Part shown: positions 49,355 to 58,953 of the stretch, in pieces
Layout of the letters: each line of letters opens with the position of its first letter
How positions within the stretch are numbered: the stretch's first letter is position 1
Translations under genes and position numbers: made by a program
The notes under the pieces: generated by a model
What the model saw: the letters and a program-made list of their open reading frames with translations, nothing else
Told to the model about the DNA's origin: nothing
Databases searched by the model: none
Source: Nitrospirota bacterium
GTDB lineage: Bacteria; Nitrospirota; UBA9217
DNA length: 64,000 nt
Assembly: GCA_963751455.1 (NCBI GenBank)
Contig: CAVVUN010000015.1
Span: 1,248,001-1,312,000 of the forward strand
Reading direction: 5' to 3'

Positions 49355-49458
49355 ACAACGCGCAAAACGAATCGTTCAGCGTATACAAAAAAATCTTTAG
49401 CAATATACTCAAAGATGCTGTGAAGATCGTTCAGCGCTGGTTCTGTCCAGATGACCAG
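49324..49458 (+). pseudogene. ParE/RelE toxin disrupted by an internal 115-bp inversion and truncated
   Basis: re-inverting 49337-49451 gives MVKVIWTEPALNDLHSIFEYIAKDFFVYAERFVLRVVQAPRGLDQ. Confidence 0.75.
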
Positions 49459-49572
49459 GTTCGTCATCAGATCGACATTGTATTTGAAATAAACCTTCGC
49501 TTCGATACGAATGTCAGTACGCTTGTCGTGGACCGCAAATCGTGGGAAAGCCGCCTTTTTTCAGTGCTTCCG

Positions 49573-49648
49573 CCAAAGTTTCTTTTTCATAATAAAGCCC
49601 GACGCCCTATCCAGCCCGCCCCTTCGCTGTTTTTGATTGAAACTTAAT
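49573..49648 (+). repeat. 76-bp exact direct repeat, copy 2
   Basis: identical to 46389-46464. Confidence 0.9.
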
Positions 49649-49729
49649 CCGATTTAATCGATAATATACCGATACCATGAAACGTGATCTGGAACACTCC
49701 CCGGTTTATATTTCACAAAGAGACAAACG

Positions 49730-50149
49730 ATGAGCAACCTGGACGTTCGTTGGAAACAACGCTTCAATCATTATCAAAAAGCGCTCCGGCAGCTTGCAGG
49801 ATCCGTGGAACTGGCGAGGCAGCTTCCCTTGTCAGAGCTTGAGAAACTAGGTCTCATTAAGGCCTTTGAATTCACGCATGAGCTGGCATGGAATGTGATG
49901 AAGGATTATTTTGAATACCAGGGCACGACCTCAATCATGGGTTCCCGCGACGCATCACGTGAAGCATTTCAAAAAGGACTTGTTGCTGACGGTGAAGGGT
50001 GGATGGAGATGCTCCAGAGCAGGAACCAGACGTCGCATACCTATAACCAAAATGTGGCAGACGAAATTGCCGGGAAAGTGACGACGCTGTATTGCAAGCT
50101 GTTCCTTGAGTTGGAAAAAAGTCTTTTGAAGATGAAAGACAGCGAGTGA
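49730..50149 (+). CDS. HEPN / HI0074-family nucleotidyltransferase substrate-binding protein
   Basis: RWKQRF, FEFTHELAW, RNQTSHTY (Rx4H). Confidence 0.88.
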   Translation: MSNLDVRWKQRFNHYQKALRQLAGSVELARQLPLSELEKLGLIKAFEFTHELAWNVMKDYFEYQGTTSIMGSRDASREAFQKGLVADGEGWMEMLQSRNQTSHTYNQNVADEIAGKVTTLYCKLFLELEKSLLKMKDSE

Positions 50150-50493
50150 CGGTGCTGCCGATGAAATATGGCCTGAATGACAATATAATCGTAAAGATCA
50201 ACTCAATCTTTTCAAGATGGCCCGGTGTCGAGCAGGTCATTCTGTACGGATCACGCGCCAAGGGAAATTATCGTGACGGCTCGGACATAGACCTTACGAT
50301 AGTCGGTGAAACTGTAACGCAATCGGACATGCTGAAGATTGCAAACGAACTCGATGATTTGCTGTTGCCGTATAAAATCGATCTGTCACTGATGCGTCAA
50401 ATTGAGGATAAAGCGGTCATTGAGCACATAAAGCGGGTTGGTGTGGTTCTTTATGAAAGGGCATCGTATGCGCCATCGAGGACTGTTGAATGA
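50146..50493 (+). CDS. minimal nucleotidyltransferase (MNT antitoxin)
   Basis: LYGSRAKGNYRDGSDIDL, LLPYKIDL. Confidence 0.88.
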   Translation: MTVLPMKYGLNDNIIVKINSIFSRWPGVEQVILYGSRAKGNYRDGSDIDLTIVGETVTQSDMLKIANELDDLLLPYKIDLSLMRQIEDKAVIEHIKRVGVVLYERASYAPSRTVE

Positions 50494-50583
50494 TTGATCG
50501 ATGAGGAAGAGACATGACGGGCCAAAGCGAATTGACCGCAACGAGCCTAGCGGTCGTCCATCGGTTTCCAGGAGGATACTTTA

Positions 50584-52101
50584 CCTTAACGTTGCATAAA
50601 AAATCGCTATGCGGCCCGTTGCAATCGGTCGAGATAATGCAACAACCCCTTTTTGACTCGTGGATTGGCGTTCATTGTCAGAGTTAGCTTGCCGCCGGGC
50701 TGTGTCAGGCGGCCGGCACGCTGTATAAGTGTTCTTCGCAGGGTATTGGGCTCCGTGAACTCCCAAAGAGCGGCCCGTTTTTCGGTGGTGCCCCGGTCGG
50801 GTTCATGCGCGACCATGTGAAGTTCCTTCAGGAGATTGTGCGAGATGATCGCCGACATCATGTATAGCTGATTTCCGTGCAATCTTCTCACAGCCACGTA
50901 ATCCATATTGCACTGGGACTTTAGCTCTCCAAGGATGTTTTCCTGAGAACCGCGGCCCTGATGGAAGTTCAGGACTTTCTTCACCGTCGTTGTTTTGTTT
51001 GTAACGATCACCTTGAAGTCAAACCCGTATTCGTGCGGCGTGAACATATCAAGCTGCACCGGCTCTTTTGACTGCTTTTTGGCTTTTTGACGAATAAAAA
51101 GAAAGCGGAACCGGCTGTCCCAGCTTTTCGGCTTCCAGGGTGTGTCGAGATAGGAAACAACGGAATCGTAACGCCTCCAGCGTTTTTTGGCTTCGATCAT
51201 GTGTTTGAGTTCGGAGAACCGCTCAAAGGGGACCGAGATGGTGAACTCAATTCCGTCGCGCTCCAGCGCGCCGACGATTTCATCGCTGAAGAAAGCGCTG
51301 TCCATGCGCACTTCGATGACGATATCCGAACAGGTTGCACGCACCTGTTCGATGCACGCAAGGATGAACGCCCGGGCGCCGTTGGAATCATGTACGTTAC
51401 CCGAACGGGGCAGGACGTCAAGGACCATGCCCAACTGAGCGATCATGCAGAAAAGCGGATAATAGCTTCTCTGCCCTTTTTTCTTTTTGTTGAAGCCTAC
51501 GGCGGCACCCTCAGCCCATCGGGAGGTCGAGAGCACAGAGCCGTCGAAATCAAGCGTCACGCGACGAAGCTTCAAACCCTGTATGCGGGAGAGCGACATT
51601 TCCCGGCAGAACCGACGAAGATTCAAAATGTCCTTTGCGTCGACCGTCATCAATGCCCGGCTGATCGTGGAAACGTCCGGCATTTTTCGGAGGCCCAGAA
51701 GACGAAGCGCCATAAGGTCGTCCTGATAGTATTCGATGTCGCGGAGTTTCCGATAACCCAGCATCAGATGCACGATCAGCACGAGCGTAATGACGTGATT
51801 GCCGAAGATGGCGCTCGACGGTAGATGATCAAAGCAGCTTTTCAAGCGGGCTTTCAGATTCAGCTTCGTGAAGAATGCCTGAATGATAGCAAGGCCCGCG
51901 TAGGAAGTGAGCTGTTGATCCTCGAACTTCAGTTCCGGTATTTTGTGAACGCGGCTTAGAACCTGTGCTTTACTGGACTTCACTTTCAGTGGCCTCCTGC
52001 TTGAGTGAAATAATGATATCGCAGGAGCACTATATCCAATAATGAAGCCTGTTTCCAGAGGTTTCTGCATATTTTCAAGAAATGTTTATGCAACTACAAG
52101 G
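50584..52101 (-). mobile_element. IS1380-family insertion sequence with 4-bp TTTA target duplication
   Basis: IRs ccttaacgttgcataaa / tttatgcaactacaagg (14/17); TTTA at 50580-50583 and 52102-52105. Confidence 0.88.
50607..51983 (-). CDS. IS1380-family DDE transposase
   Basis: LTSYAGL, TLDFDGS, SYYPL, RSGN, VRMDSAF, RGSQEN.LGELK; GTG start with GGAGG RBS. Confidence 0.88.
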   Translation of the reverse strand: MKSSKAQVLSRVHKIPELKFEDQQLTSYAGLAIIQAFFTKLNLKARLKSCFDHLPSSAIFGNHVITLVLIVHLMLGYRKLRDIEYYQDDLMALRLLGLRKMPDVSTISRALMTVDAKDILNLRRFCREMSLSRIQGLKLRRVTLDFDGSVLSTSRWAEGAAVGFNKKKKGQRSYYPLFCMIAQLGMVLDVLPRSGNVHDSNGARAFILACIEQVRATCSDIVIEVRMDSAFFSDEIVGALERDGIEFTISVPFERFSELKHMIEAKKRWRRYDSVVSYLDTPWKPKSWDSRFRFLFIRQKAKKQSKEPVQLDMFTPHEYGFDFKVIVTNKTTTVKKVLNFHQGRGSQENILGELKSQCNMDYVAVRRLHGNQLYMMSAIISHNLLKELHMVAHEPDRGTTEKRAALWEFTEPNTLRRTLIQRAGRLTQPGGKLTLTMNANPRVKKGLLHYLDRLQRAA

Positions 52102-52743
52102 TTTACGGAGCTGTTCGATGTATTAGATTGCCGGGGCGAGATGACCGGCGAAACTGTCGCGCGAGACGAGGCGCACCGGACAGGTGTGTGGCACGGAGCG
52201 TTTCATTGCCTCATCACGTACGAACGCGAGGGCAGGGGATATGCTCTTTTTCAGAGGCGTTCTTTGTCAAAAAAGATAGCGCCGGGCCGGTATGATGTCA
52301 CCGCCGGCGGTCATTATTCGGCAGGGGAGAGCGCAACCGACGCAGGCCCTCGCGAGCTCAGGGAGGAAATCGGCCTCGATGTGAAGTTTTCTGATCTTTT
52401 TCCGATCGGCCGCCGTGTGTTCGTGTACTGTTTCACACCCGGGGTGAAGGAATGCGAATTCCAGGATGTGTTCCTTCTGCCGCTGTCCGCTCAGCCGACC
52501 GGAATTACGTTGGAGAAAGAAGAGGTTGACGGAGTAATTGAAATGGAAGTGGATGCAGGCATCAGGCTCTTCGCACGCGAGGTTCCGTATGCCGAATGCC
52601 GCTTGTCGAAAGACGGTGAAAAAAACGACCTGGTCAGGGTTTCCGCAAACGATTTTGTAACCTGTCTCGACAATTACTACTTGAAACTGCTCCTGCTCGC
52701 AAAGCGGTATTTCAACGGTGAACGAAGGATTCTCTTTATATAG
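52102..52743 (+). CDS. NUDIX hydrolase (IDI-like), 5' end separated by IS1380
   Basis: GVWH..FH, QRRS..K..PG..D.TAGGH..AGE.....RELREEIG; in frame with 50514-50583 before the IS. Confidence 0.8.
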   Translation, partial: FTELFDVLDCRGEMTGETVARDEAHRTGVWHGAFHCLITYEREGRGYALFQRRSLSKKIAPGRYDVTAGGHYSAGESATDAGPRELREEIGLDVKFSDLFPIGRRVFVYCFTPGVKECEFQDVFLLPLSAQPTGITLEKEEVDGVIEMEVDAGIRLFAREVPYAECRLSKDGEKNDLVRVSANDFVTCLDNYYLKLLLLAKRYFNGERRILFI

Positions 52744-52770
52744 AGTGCGGGGATGGAGAGAATGGCGGAG

Positions 52771-53700
52771 TTACGAGGAACTGTTTTCCGCGACGGTCCT
52801 GATGCTCTCCTGTTGGACTGCAGGAGCTTTCTGAATTTTTCTAGACTTCCTTGCTCTCCGGTATTTTCCCTTATAGGCAGGGGCTTCGATAAAAGTGATC
52901 GGTTGAGGGTTCGCGGCGTAGTCAGCCAGGGTCAGGGTGCTTTTCCATAAGCCGTGCCGGGATGGGGCGCCGAGAACAGCCGTAAATATCATGCCGTTTC
53001 CGGTATCAAGGGCGCCTACAAAGCAGTGGCGCGCGCTGCTCGTAAACCCCGTTTTTCCGCCCACCATATTTTCCTTTTGCCAGAGCAGGCTGTCCGTGTT
53101 TTCCAGGTACAATTCTCTTCCTTCAGCTGTTGAAACAAGCCATTCTTTTTTGCCTATGATTTCCCTGATCAGCGGGTAGGTGATGGATTTTTTGAGAATA
53201 ATCGTCAGATCCCGGGCAGTCGTATATTGTCTTCCCTTCGGGAGGCCCGAGGCTGTCACGAAGTGCGTATCGTATGCACCGATTTCCCGGGCTTTCTGAT
53301 TCATCAGATCAACGAAATCCTGCTCTGAACCGGCAGAGGCTTCCGCCAGCGCGACCGCCGCAGAATTTGTGGAATTCATAAGGGCCAGGTGGAGAAGATC
53401 GGAAACGGTCACGTTATCGTCGGCAATAAGCCTTGGCTTCATCGTTCGGGTAGCAGCGGCATTTCTGCTCACGATTACCCTTACATCGGGGTCCAGATGA
53501 TCAAGCGCAACCATGGCGGTCATCAGCTTAACCGTGCTTGCGGGGGGCAGCTTTGCGGACGAATTTTTAGCGTATAGTATTGCATCATCCTCACCCATAA
53601 TGATGCATGCTTTTGCAGAAATCGACTGAGAAGAAAAAGCGGGTTGAACGGATAAAAAAACGAGTATAGGAAAACAAAAGTAATAAAAATACCGGTTCAC
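52771..53700 (-). CDS. D-alanyl-D-alanine carboxypeptidase (peptidase S11)
   Basis: PASTVK (SxxK), STN (SxN), GGKTGFT; signal peptide. Confidence 0.9.
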   Translation of the reverse strand: MNRYFYYFCFPILVFLSVQPAFSSQSISAKACIIMGEDDAILYAKNSSAKLPPASTVKLMTAMVALDHLDPDVRVIVSRNAAATRTMKPRLIADDNVTVSDLLHLALMNSTNSAAVALAEASAGSEQDFVDLMNQKAREIGAYDTHFVTASGLPKGRQYTTARDLTIILKKSITYPLIREIIGKKEWLVSTAEGRELYLENTDSLLWQKENMVGGKTGFTSSARHCFVGALDTGNGMIFTAVLGAPSRHGLWKSTLTLADYAANPQPITFIEAPAYKGKYRRARKSRKIQKAPAVQQESIRTVAENSSS

Positions 53701-54012
53701 GTGATTCTCCGCATATAAGTATCAATAAAAACCTGGGTTGATTATATCAGACTGAGGGGAAAATTATTTGTGATTTCGATCACTTTTTTACGGCAAAATA
53801 AAATATGTTTCATCGTCCTTAAGGAGGACTTTATCACTCATTAAATGATTTTACAAGAGTTTTAATTATATTCGCTAAAAAAGTTAAAAAGCTATACGGA
53901 AGGACGGGCTTTAAGGGCGTCCACTGTGCTTGGCTTGATTGACTTGCTCTTACCTGGGTGGTACTTTCAATCACAAGGAACAGCGAGTCTGTCTTTCTTT
54001 GCGGATGGGGCC

Positions 54013-55623
54013 ATGGTTAACAGCCGGAGATATTGTGGCGGGATATTCCTCTCTTTGTTGGCGCTCCTTACCGTTATCTGGATAATCAGCAATCTGCTGA
54101 TCGATGTTGAACTTGAAGAACGATCCGGCGATAACCGCCTAGCTTCAGCCCCGGCGGAGTCCAGCCTCCGCGGCGTTTTTGACGGACTTCCCGCTGAAGG
54201 GTGCGGCCAAAGCCGTATTGAACTATTCAACGATAATTCCACGGCATGGGCTTCACGCTGGCGTCTGCTTGCCGATGCGCGCGAAAAAATAGAAGTGAGT
54301 TATTTTATCCTTGATTCGGACGTTTTCGGCATCTCCTTTCTCGGCCATCTTCTTCACAAAGCCGAAAAAGGAGTGCAGATTCGAATAATGCTCGACGCGA
54401 TCGGCACCAGACTCTCCCGCCAGATAAGCGGCAACGATTACCTGGACACTCTGGCTTCCAACGGGAACGTTCGGATTAAAATGTACCGGCCATTTTTGTT
54501 CAGGTTTCGGGACGCATTCCTGACGCTGAACCCGGCTGCACTGATTGCAAGTGAACATGACAAAATCATTATTGCAGACGGCCGCAGGGCATTGATAGGG
54601 GGAAGAAACATTGCCCGCGAGTATATGGCGCAACCGCAGGATTATCCGGGTGCTTTTCGGGACACGGACGTGTTGCTGGACGGTGCGGCGACCGCCGCCG
54701 CTTTGAAGGCTGTTTTTTATGCGGGCTTTGAGAGCAGCAAGGCGCACCAAGTGCGGCGCGAGATCGTCGACATAAAGGATTCCGCAGCGGAGTTGCTGCT
54801 TGCGTATGAAGCCATGGATGCCTGGGTCCGGGGAAGGCCTGTCTCAAAAGAAACCGCTTCAGCGATCCGGGAAAAAGGCCTGCCCTGGCTGGACGAGCTC
54901 GAAAAGCTGCCCCGGCTGAGGGGGTCCTTGAGAAAGAAACAACCGCCCGATATGAGAGCATATGTCCGCGTGCTCGACAGCCGGCCGCGTCTTTTCAGTC
55001 CGGATGATGCGATCAGCCGCAGCCTGGCCAGGCTCGTACGGGCCGCGCGTCACGATATATTCATTCAGAGCCCTTACCTCATTTTGTCCCGGCCCGCGGT
55101 TTCCGTGCTGGAGGAAGCCGCGGCCCGGGGCGTGCGGATCACGATACTTACCAATAGTCCTGTTTCCACGGATAATGCATTGAGTCAGGCGATTTTCCTG
55201 GAGCAATGGCCTGAGGTGATGGCTCGTGTACCGACTTTGCGGCTCTTTGCTGCCGGGGACACGCGAACCATACACTGCAAACTCGGCGCTGTTGACGGTC
55301 AACTGGGCTTGATCGGCACCTACAACCTGGACCCGATCAGTATGAGCCTGAATGGCGAACTGGTCGCAGCCGTATGGTCAACCGAATTTGTGGAGAGATT
55401 GCTGGCGGGGGCCCGAAACCTCATTGCAGACGGTCCCGTTTTTGAGTACCGTATTGTTCGGGACGCGAAAGGCCGGCCGAAACGCGATAGCAACGGCAGG
55501 GTTCTGGTTGCCTTCGGACCCGAGGACCACAGTAACCCGGATCAATGGAAGACAATTCAATGGTACCGAAAACTGGTGCGCCTTGCAGGAAAGCTGCCGG
55601 GTACCTCTAGTTTTTTCATGTGA
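54013..55623 (+). CDS. phospholipase D-family protein (ClsC-like)
   Basis: HDKIIIAD..GGRN and HCKLGAVD..GTYNLD HKD motifs; N-terminal TM. Confidence 0.88.
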   Translation: MVNSRRYCGGIFLSLLALLTVIWIISNLLIDVELEERSGDNRLASAPAESSLRGVFDGLPAEGCGQSRIELFNDNSTAWASRWRLLADAREKIEVSYFILDSDVFGISFLGHLLHKAEKGVQIRIMLDAIGTRLSRQISGNDYLDTLASNGNVRIKMYRPFLFRFRDAFLTLNPAALIASEHDKIIIADGRRALIGGRNIAREYMAQPQDYPGAFRDTDVLLDGAATAAALKAVFYAGFESSKAHQVRREIVDIKDSAAELLLAYEAMDAWVRGRPVSKETASAIREKGLPWLDELEKLPRLRGSLRKKQPPDMRAYVRVLDSRPRLFSPDDAISRSLARLVRAARHDIFIQSPYLILSRPAVSVLEEAAARGVRITILTNSPVSTDNALSQAIFLEQWPEVMARVPTLRLFAAGDTRTIHCKLGAVDGQLGLIGTYNLDPISMSLNGELVAAVWSTEFVERLLAGARNLIADGPVFEYRIVRDAKGRPKRDSNGRVLVAFGPEDHSNPDQWKTIQWYRKLVRLAGKLPGTSSFFM

Positions 55624-55698
55624 TAGACGGAGCAGAAAAAAGGCAACCGGTAGCGTACCGGCTGCCTGTCAGATATTACAAATGGCGAATATGAAACA

Positions 55699-56301
55699 TT
55701 AATAACCAAACCCCCTGGTTTCCTTGCCGGACTGGTCCTGTACGCCGCCGGCTCCCTCGTCCTTGGACATGCCGCCTGCGCCTGACATTTCGTCGCTGCC
55801 GCCTGCACCGCGACCAGCAGCGGGCCTCTCAACGGCTGCTTTTTTGATGTCTTTATGGGCATCCGTCTCGACGTTGCCGACCTTGTCCGCAACATCTTCA
55901 AGATCGATCTTCAGGCTCTTGGCAATCTGGCCCCAGCCCGTCTTGCCTTCCCGCATCTTCACGATCCTATTGATATTGTCGTCAGTAACACCGCCTGACA
56001 TTTTGTCTGCAAAAGCAAGCACGGTTGCTACTTCACCATAGCCCAGGTTCCTGTCGTGCAGGGCTTTGATCCTGTCGTTCTTTAGATCGAATGCCTTGGT
56101 CAGCCGCTCCGTGACAACTTCTTCACCATACGGTAATTTGGCATCCGTGTCGATCATGGAAATTTCAATGTTCAACTTTTTTTCATGCCTGGCTTCTTTT
56201 GATGTATCCGCTGCCGTTCCAATTCCCGTCAAGAACAGGAATACGGCTGCAACAGCCGCTAATGACAAAGCGCTTACACCGTTCGCTGTAAACTTTTTCA
56301 T
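55699..56301 (-). CDS. exported hypothetical protein
   Basis: signal peptide, LGYGEV...GWGQIAKSL, Gly-rich tail; AAGGAGG RBS. Confidence 0.75.
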   Translation of the reverse strand: MKKFTANGVSALSLAAVAAVFLFLTGIGTAADTSKEARHEKKLNIEISMIDTDAKLPYGEEVVTERLTKAFDLKNDRIKALHDRNLGYGEVATVLAFADKMSGGVTDDNINRIVKMREGKTGWGQIAKSLKIDLEDVADKVGNVETDAHKDIKKAAVERPAAGRGAGGSDEMSGAGGMSKDEGAGGVQDQSGKETRGFGY

Positions 56302-56609
56302 GAAATAAACCCTCCTTTTTTGCTAACATTCCGGTTGTTCGCCATGCCTTCTACGCGCTCAAAACTGCTTATCGCTGAAGTCTCATACAATATCCTGCGG
56401 ATCGACTGCATGAGATCGGGTAGAGGTTACTTCAAAATATAGCACCATCATGCACATTGTCAAATAAGGGCAACGGCGGCGCGAAACCCGCACACGACCA
56501 AAGAAGTATTTGGTAATCCTTTTTCCCGTTTGACAATCATTGCAAAAAGAGGTTTAGTTTTTATAACGGATTTTTGGGATTACGAAAGAAGAAAGCAACA
56601 AGGCGGTAT

Positions 56610-56729
56610 ATGAATACGCGAGCAGCGATCAGTATGATTGCGATTTCTCTTGTGGTTCTTGGGGGTGTTACAGAGAAAACGTCCGGAGAGAGGATCCGTT
56701 TCGTGCCCTTCTCTCTGTCTGGAAGCTAA
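56610..56729 (+). CDS. possible 39-aa hydrophobic peptide
   Basis: AAGGCGG RBS-like sequence, TTGACA upstream; no recognisable motif. Confidence 0.25.
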   Translation: MNTRAAISMIAISLVVLGGVTEKTSGERIRFVPFSLSGS

Positions 56730-56866
56730 AGAGTAAATTGGACTACTCATTCCGGGGTTCCCGGAGCGCTGAAGGCCTTCCTTTCATTCATCAATTTCGC
56801 AGTTGGGAGTGATTTTAAAAAAACCAGGTGCGATATAATCTGAGGAATCTGCGTAAGCTGCGGATA

Positions 56867-57147
56867 CTAGTGCACTGTAAAACTAATTCTTGATTGTATT
56901 GCACCTTTAGCCGGGTCCAGTAGTCAGTTACAAATCGAATTCCTCTCAAAACGGCAGGAACATTTACCGCGAAGTCGCGAGGAACGCGAGGAAAGCGAAA
57001 TTCCCGTAATATGCCACAGGGATAGTATTGCCTTCCTGGCGACCTTTGCGCCCTCGCGGTTCAATCTTTTTAGTTCCGGCTTGTTGGCTTAAAGCACACC
57101 GTAATGACGTCGTGGAACTATTAACAACTAGGTTTACGTTGTACTAG
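56867..57147. mobile_element. CTAG-ended MITE-like element with nested CGC-periodic repeat (56966-57060)
   Basis: ctagtgcactgtaaaactaatt / aactaggtttacgttgtactag (17/22). Confidence 0.6.
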
Positions 57148-57189
57148 AATGCACTGAGCAGTTGTTTTTTGAAAAGCAGGAGTAGACGA

Positions 57190-58176
57190 ATGAGAAGCGT
57201 TGCTTTCAGTCCCGACGGAAAATTGATTGCTTCAGGCGGACGGGATAAACAGGTTCGGCTTTGGCATGCATACACCCGGTCTCCTGTCCGGGATTTCAGG
57301 GGAAACGGTCACAGCGGACCGGTAAGCAGTGTTTCCTTCAGTCCTGATGGAAAACTGATAGCATCAGCAGGATATGACGATTCGGTCAGAGTGCGATACG
57401 CCGATACCGGTCATCCGGTAAGAGATTTCCGGGTTCGAAGAATGAACGGCTCACTGGATAGAGTTGTCTTTAGTCCCGACGGCCGGCTCCTGGCAGCCGG
57501 CAGCTGGGATTCAACGATTACCCTGATGGATGCGGTCACCGGCCGCATTATCGAACATTTCAAAGGGAAAGGTCACAGGGCCGCGATCCACTCTCTGGCG
57601 TTCAGCCCTGACGGCCGGTTCATTGTATCAGGAAGCCGAGACAACACGCTGCGCCTTTGGGACATCAACGAGGGGACGAGCATACGTGTTTTCCAGGGGC
57701 CGCATCTGGAACCGGTCAGTGCAGTGGACTTCAGCCCCGACGGGAAGTTTGTGGTTTCGGGCGGCCGGGACCAGGACCTTGTGCTCTGGGATGTGGATCA
57801 GGGGAAACCGGTCGAAGGGTTCGACGGAAAAGGTCATCAGGGGCATATCAAGGACGTCGCCGTAAGTCCTGACGGCTCCGCAATAGCTTCGGCGAGTGAC
57901 GATCACACGGTACGGATTTGGAACGTTAAAAACGGGAAATGCATCAGGGGAATCAATTACGGGACTCCGGTGGATTGCGTTGCCTACAGTCCTGACGGGA
58001 GATTCGTTGCGTCCGGCGGATGGGACGGCAAGCTCCGTGTATGGGACCTTGAAAACATTCTCAAATGGACCCGATCGGGGATTGAGATCGATATAGCCAA
58101 AGAAACATGTAAAAAATGCCGGTCTGTTCTCGGATTATTCGGACGGCTCTTCGGGATCGGCAATCCCGCGACTTAG
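57190..58176 (+). CDS. seven-bladed WD40 repeat protein
   Basis: seven (F/Y/V)SPDG...D..(V/L/I)xxW-type repeats. Confidence 0.9.
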   Translation: MRSVAFSPDGKLIASGGRDKQVRLWHAYTRSPVRDFRGNGHSGPVSSVSFSPDGKLIASAGYDDSVRVRYADTGHPVRDFRVRRMNGSLDRVVFSPDGRLLAAGSWDSTITLMDAVTGRIIEHFKGKGHRAAIHSLAFSPDGRFIVSGSRDNTLRLWDINEGTSIRVFQGPHLEPVSAVDFSPDGKFVVSGGRDQDLVLWDVDQGKPVEGFDGKGHQGHIKDVAVSPDGSAIASASDDHTVRIWNVKNGKCIRGINYGTPVDCVAYSPDGRFVASGGWDGKLRVWDLENILKWTRSGIEIDIAKETCKKCRSVLGLFGRLFGIGNPAT

Positions 58177-58311
58177 CATCCCCGGCTCCCGCCGGGGGTG
58201 GAAAGCGCTTACTCGCGCGTGGCTGGAACAAGCCACGCGAGCGCGAGTGCGCAGTCCCGGGAGTTCGCGTTATTTGAGGGAGCCTCCGGCTCCTGCCGGA
58301 TGGGCTCCACT
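58163..58311. repeat. structured GC-rich element, copy 3 of 3
   Basis: homologous to 10689-10846 and 12442-12550. Confidence 0.85.
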
Positions 58312-58334
58312 GAAACAAAGACAGAATAATTAAT

Positions 58335-58510
58335 CCTAAAAAAAGCATTTGGGACGCAGAAAAATCGGATAAACGCAGATAAGGTCGGATAAAAAAAACG
58401 TTCTTGTATCGTAAAAGCAGTCACCCTGCGGGTGAATTTTTTTCTCTAAAAATCCTTTTGTTTGATCTGCGGTTATCTGCGTTCATCTGCGTCCAACTGC
58501 CGTTTTCAGG
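58335..58510. mobile_element. 176-bp MITE-like element, copy B
   Basis: near-identical to 40880-41055. Confidence 0.8.
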
Positions 58511-58736
58511 TTAATGAGGCTTCGCCTCAGACCAATGAACAAACCAACACCCTTGAGGATGTTTTTCTTCAGTCAGGCTATAATAATACTCTCAGACAAG
58601 GGGAATATTACCTTTACATCATTTCCTATAGTCTTTCTTTATAAACATATCGCCAGACAGGTCGAGTTCCAGGTCTTCAACTTTTCAGCATGTGCGCCAG
58701 CCGGCCCACGTTGTATGGGGGTTAAGGAGGAAGACA

Positions 58737-58922
58737 ATGGTTACGTTCAGAATGATTTGTCCGGAATGCAGAGCAACCGTGATTACGTCATCTCGTCTGT
58801 CAGCGGTTCTCGAACTCTGTCCGTCATGCGGACATCATATCTGGGACTTGTATGATGCGCTTCTGGCGGATATTTATTCCCCCGGCAGAGATGCGGCTGC
58901 CAGTCATCGCGCATACGCCTGA
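58737..58922 (+). CDS. small zinc-finger protein
   Basis: CPEC...CPSC; AAGGAGG RBS. Confidence 0.7.
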   Translation: MVTFRMICPECRATVITSSRLSAVLELCPSCGHHIWDLYDALLADIYSPGRDAAASHRAYA

Positions 58923-58953
58923 CACCTTGGGCAGCAAAAAACCTTGTTCCCAA

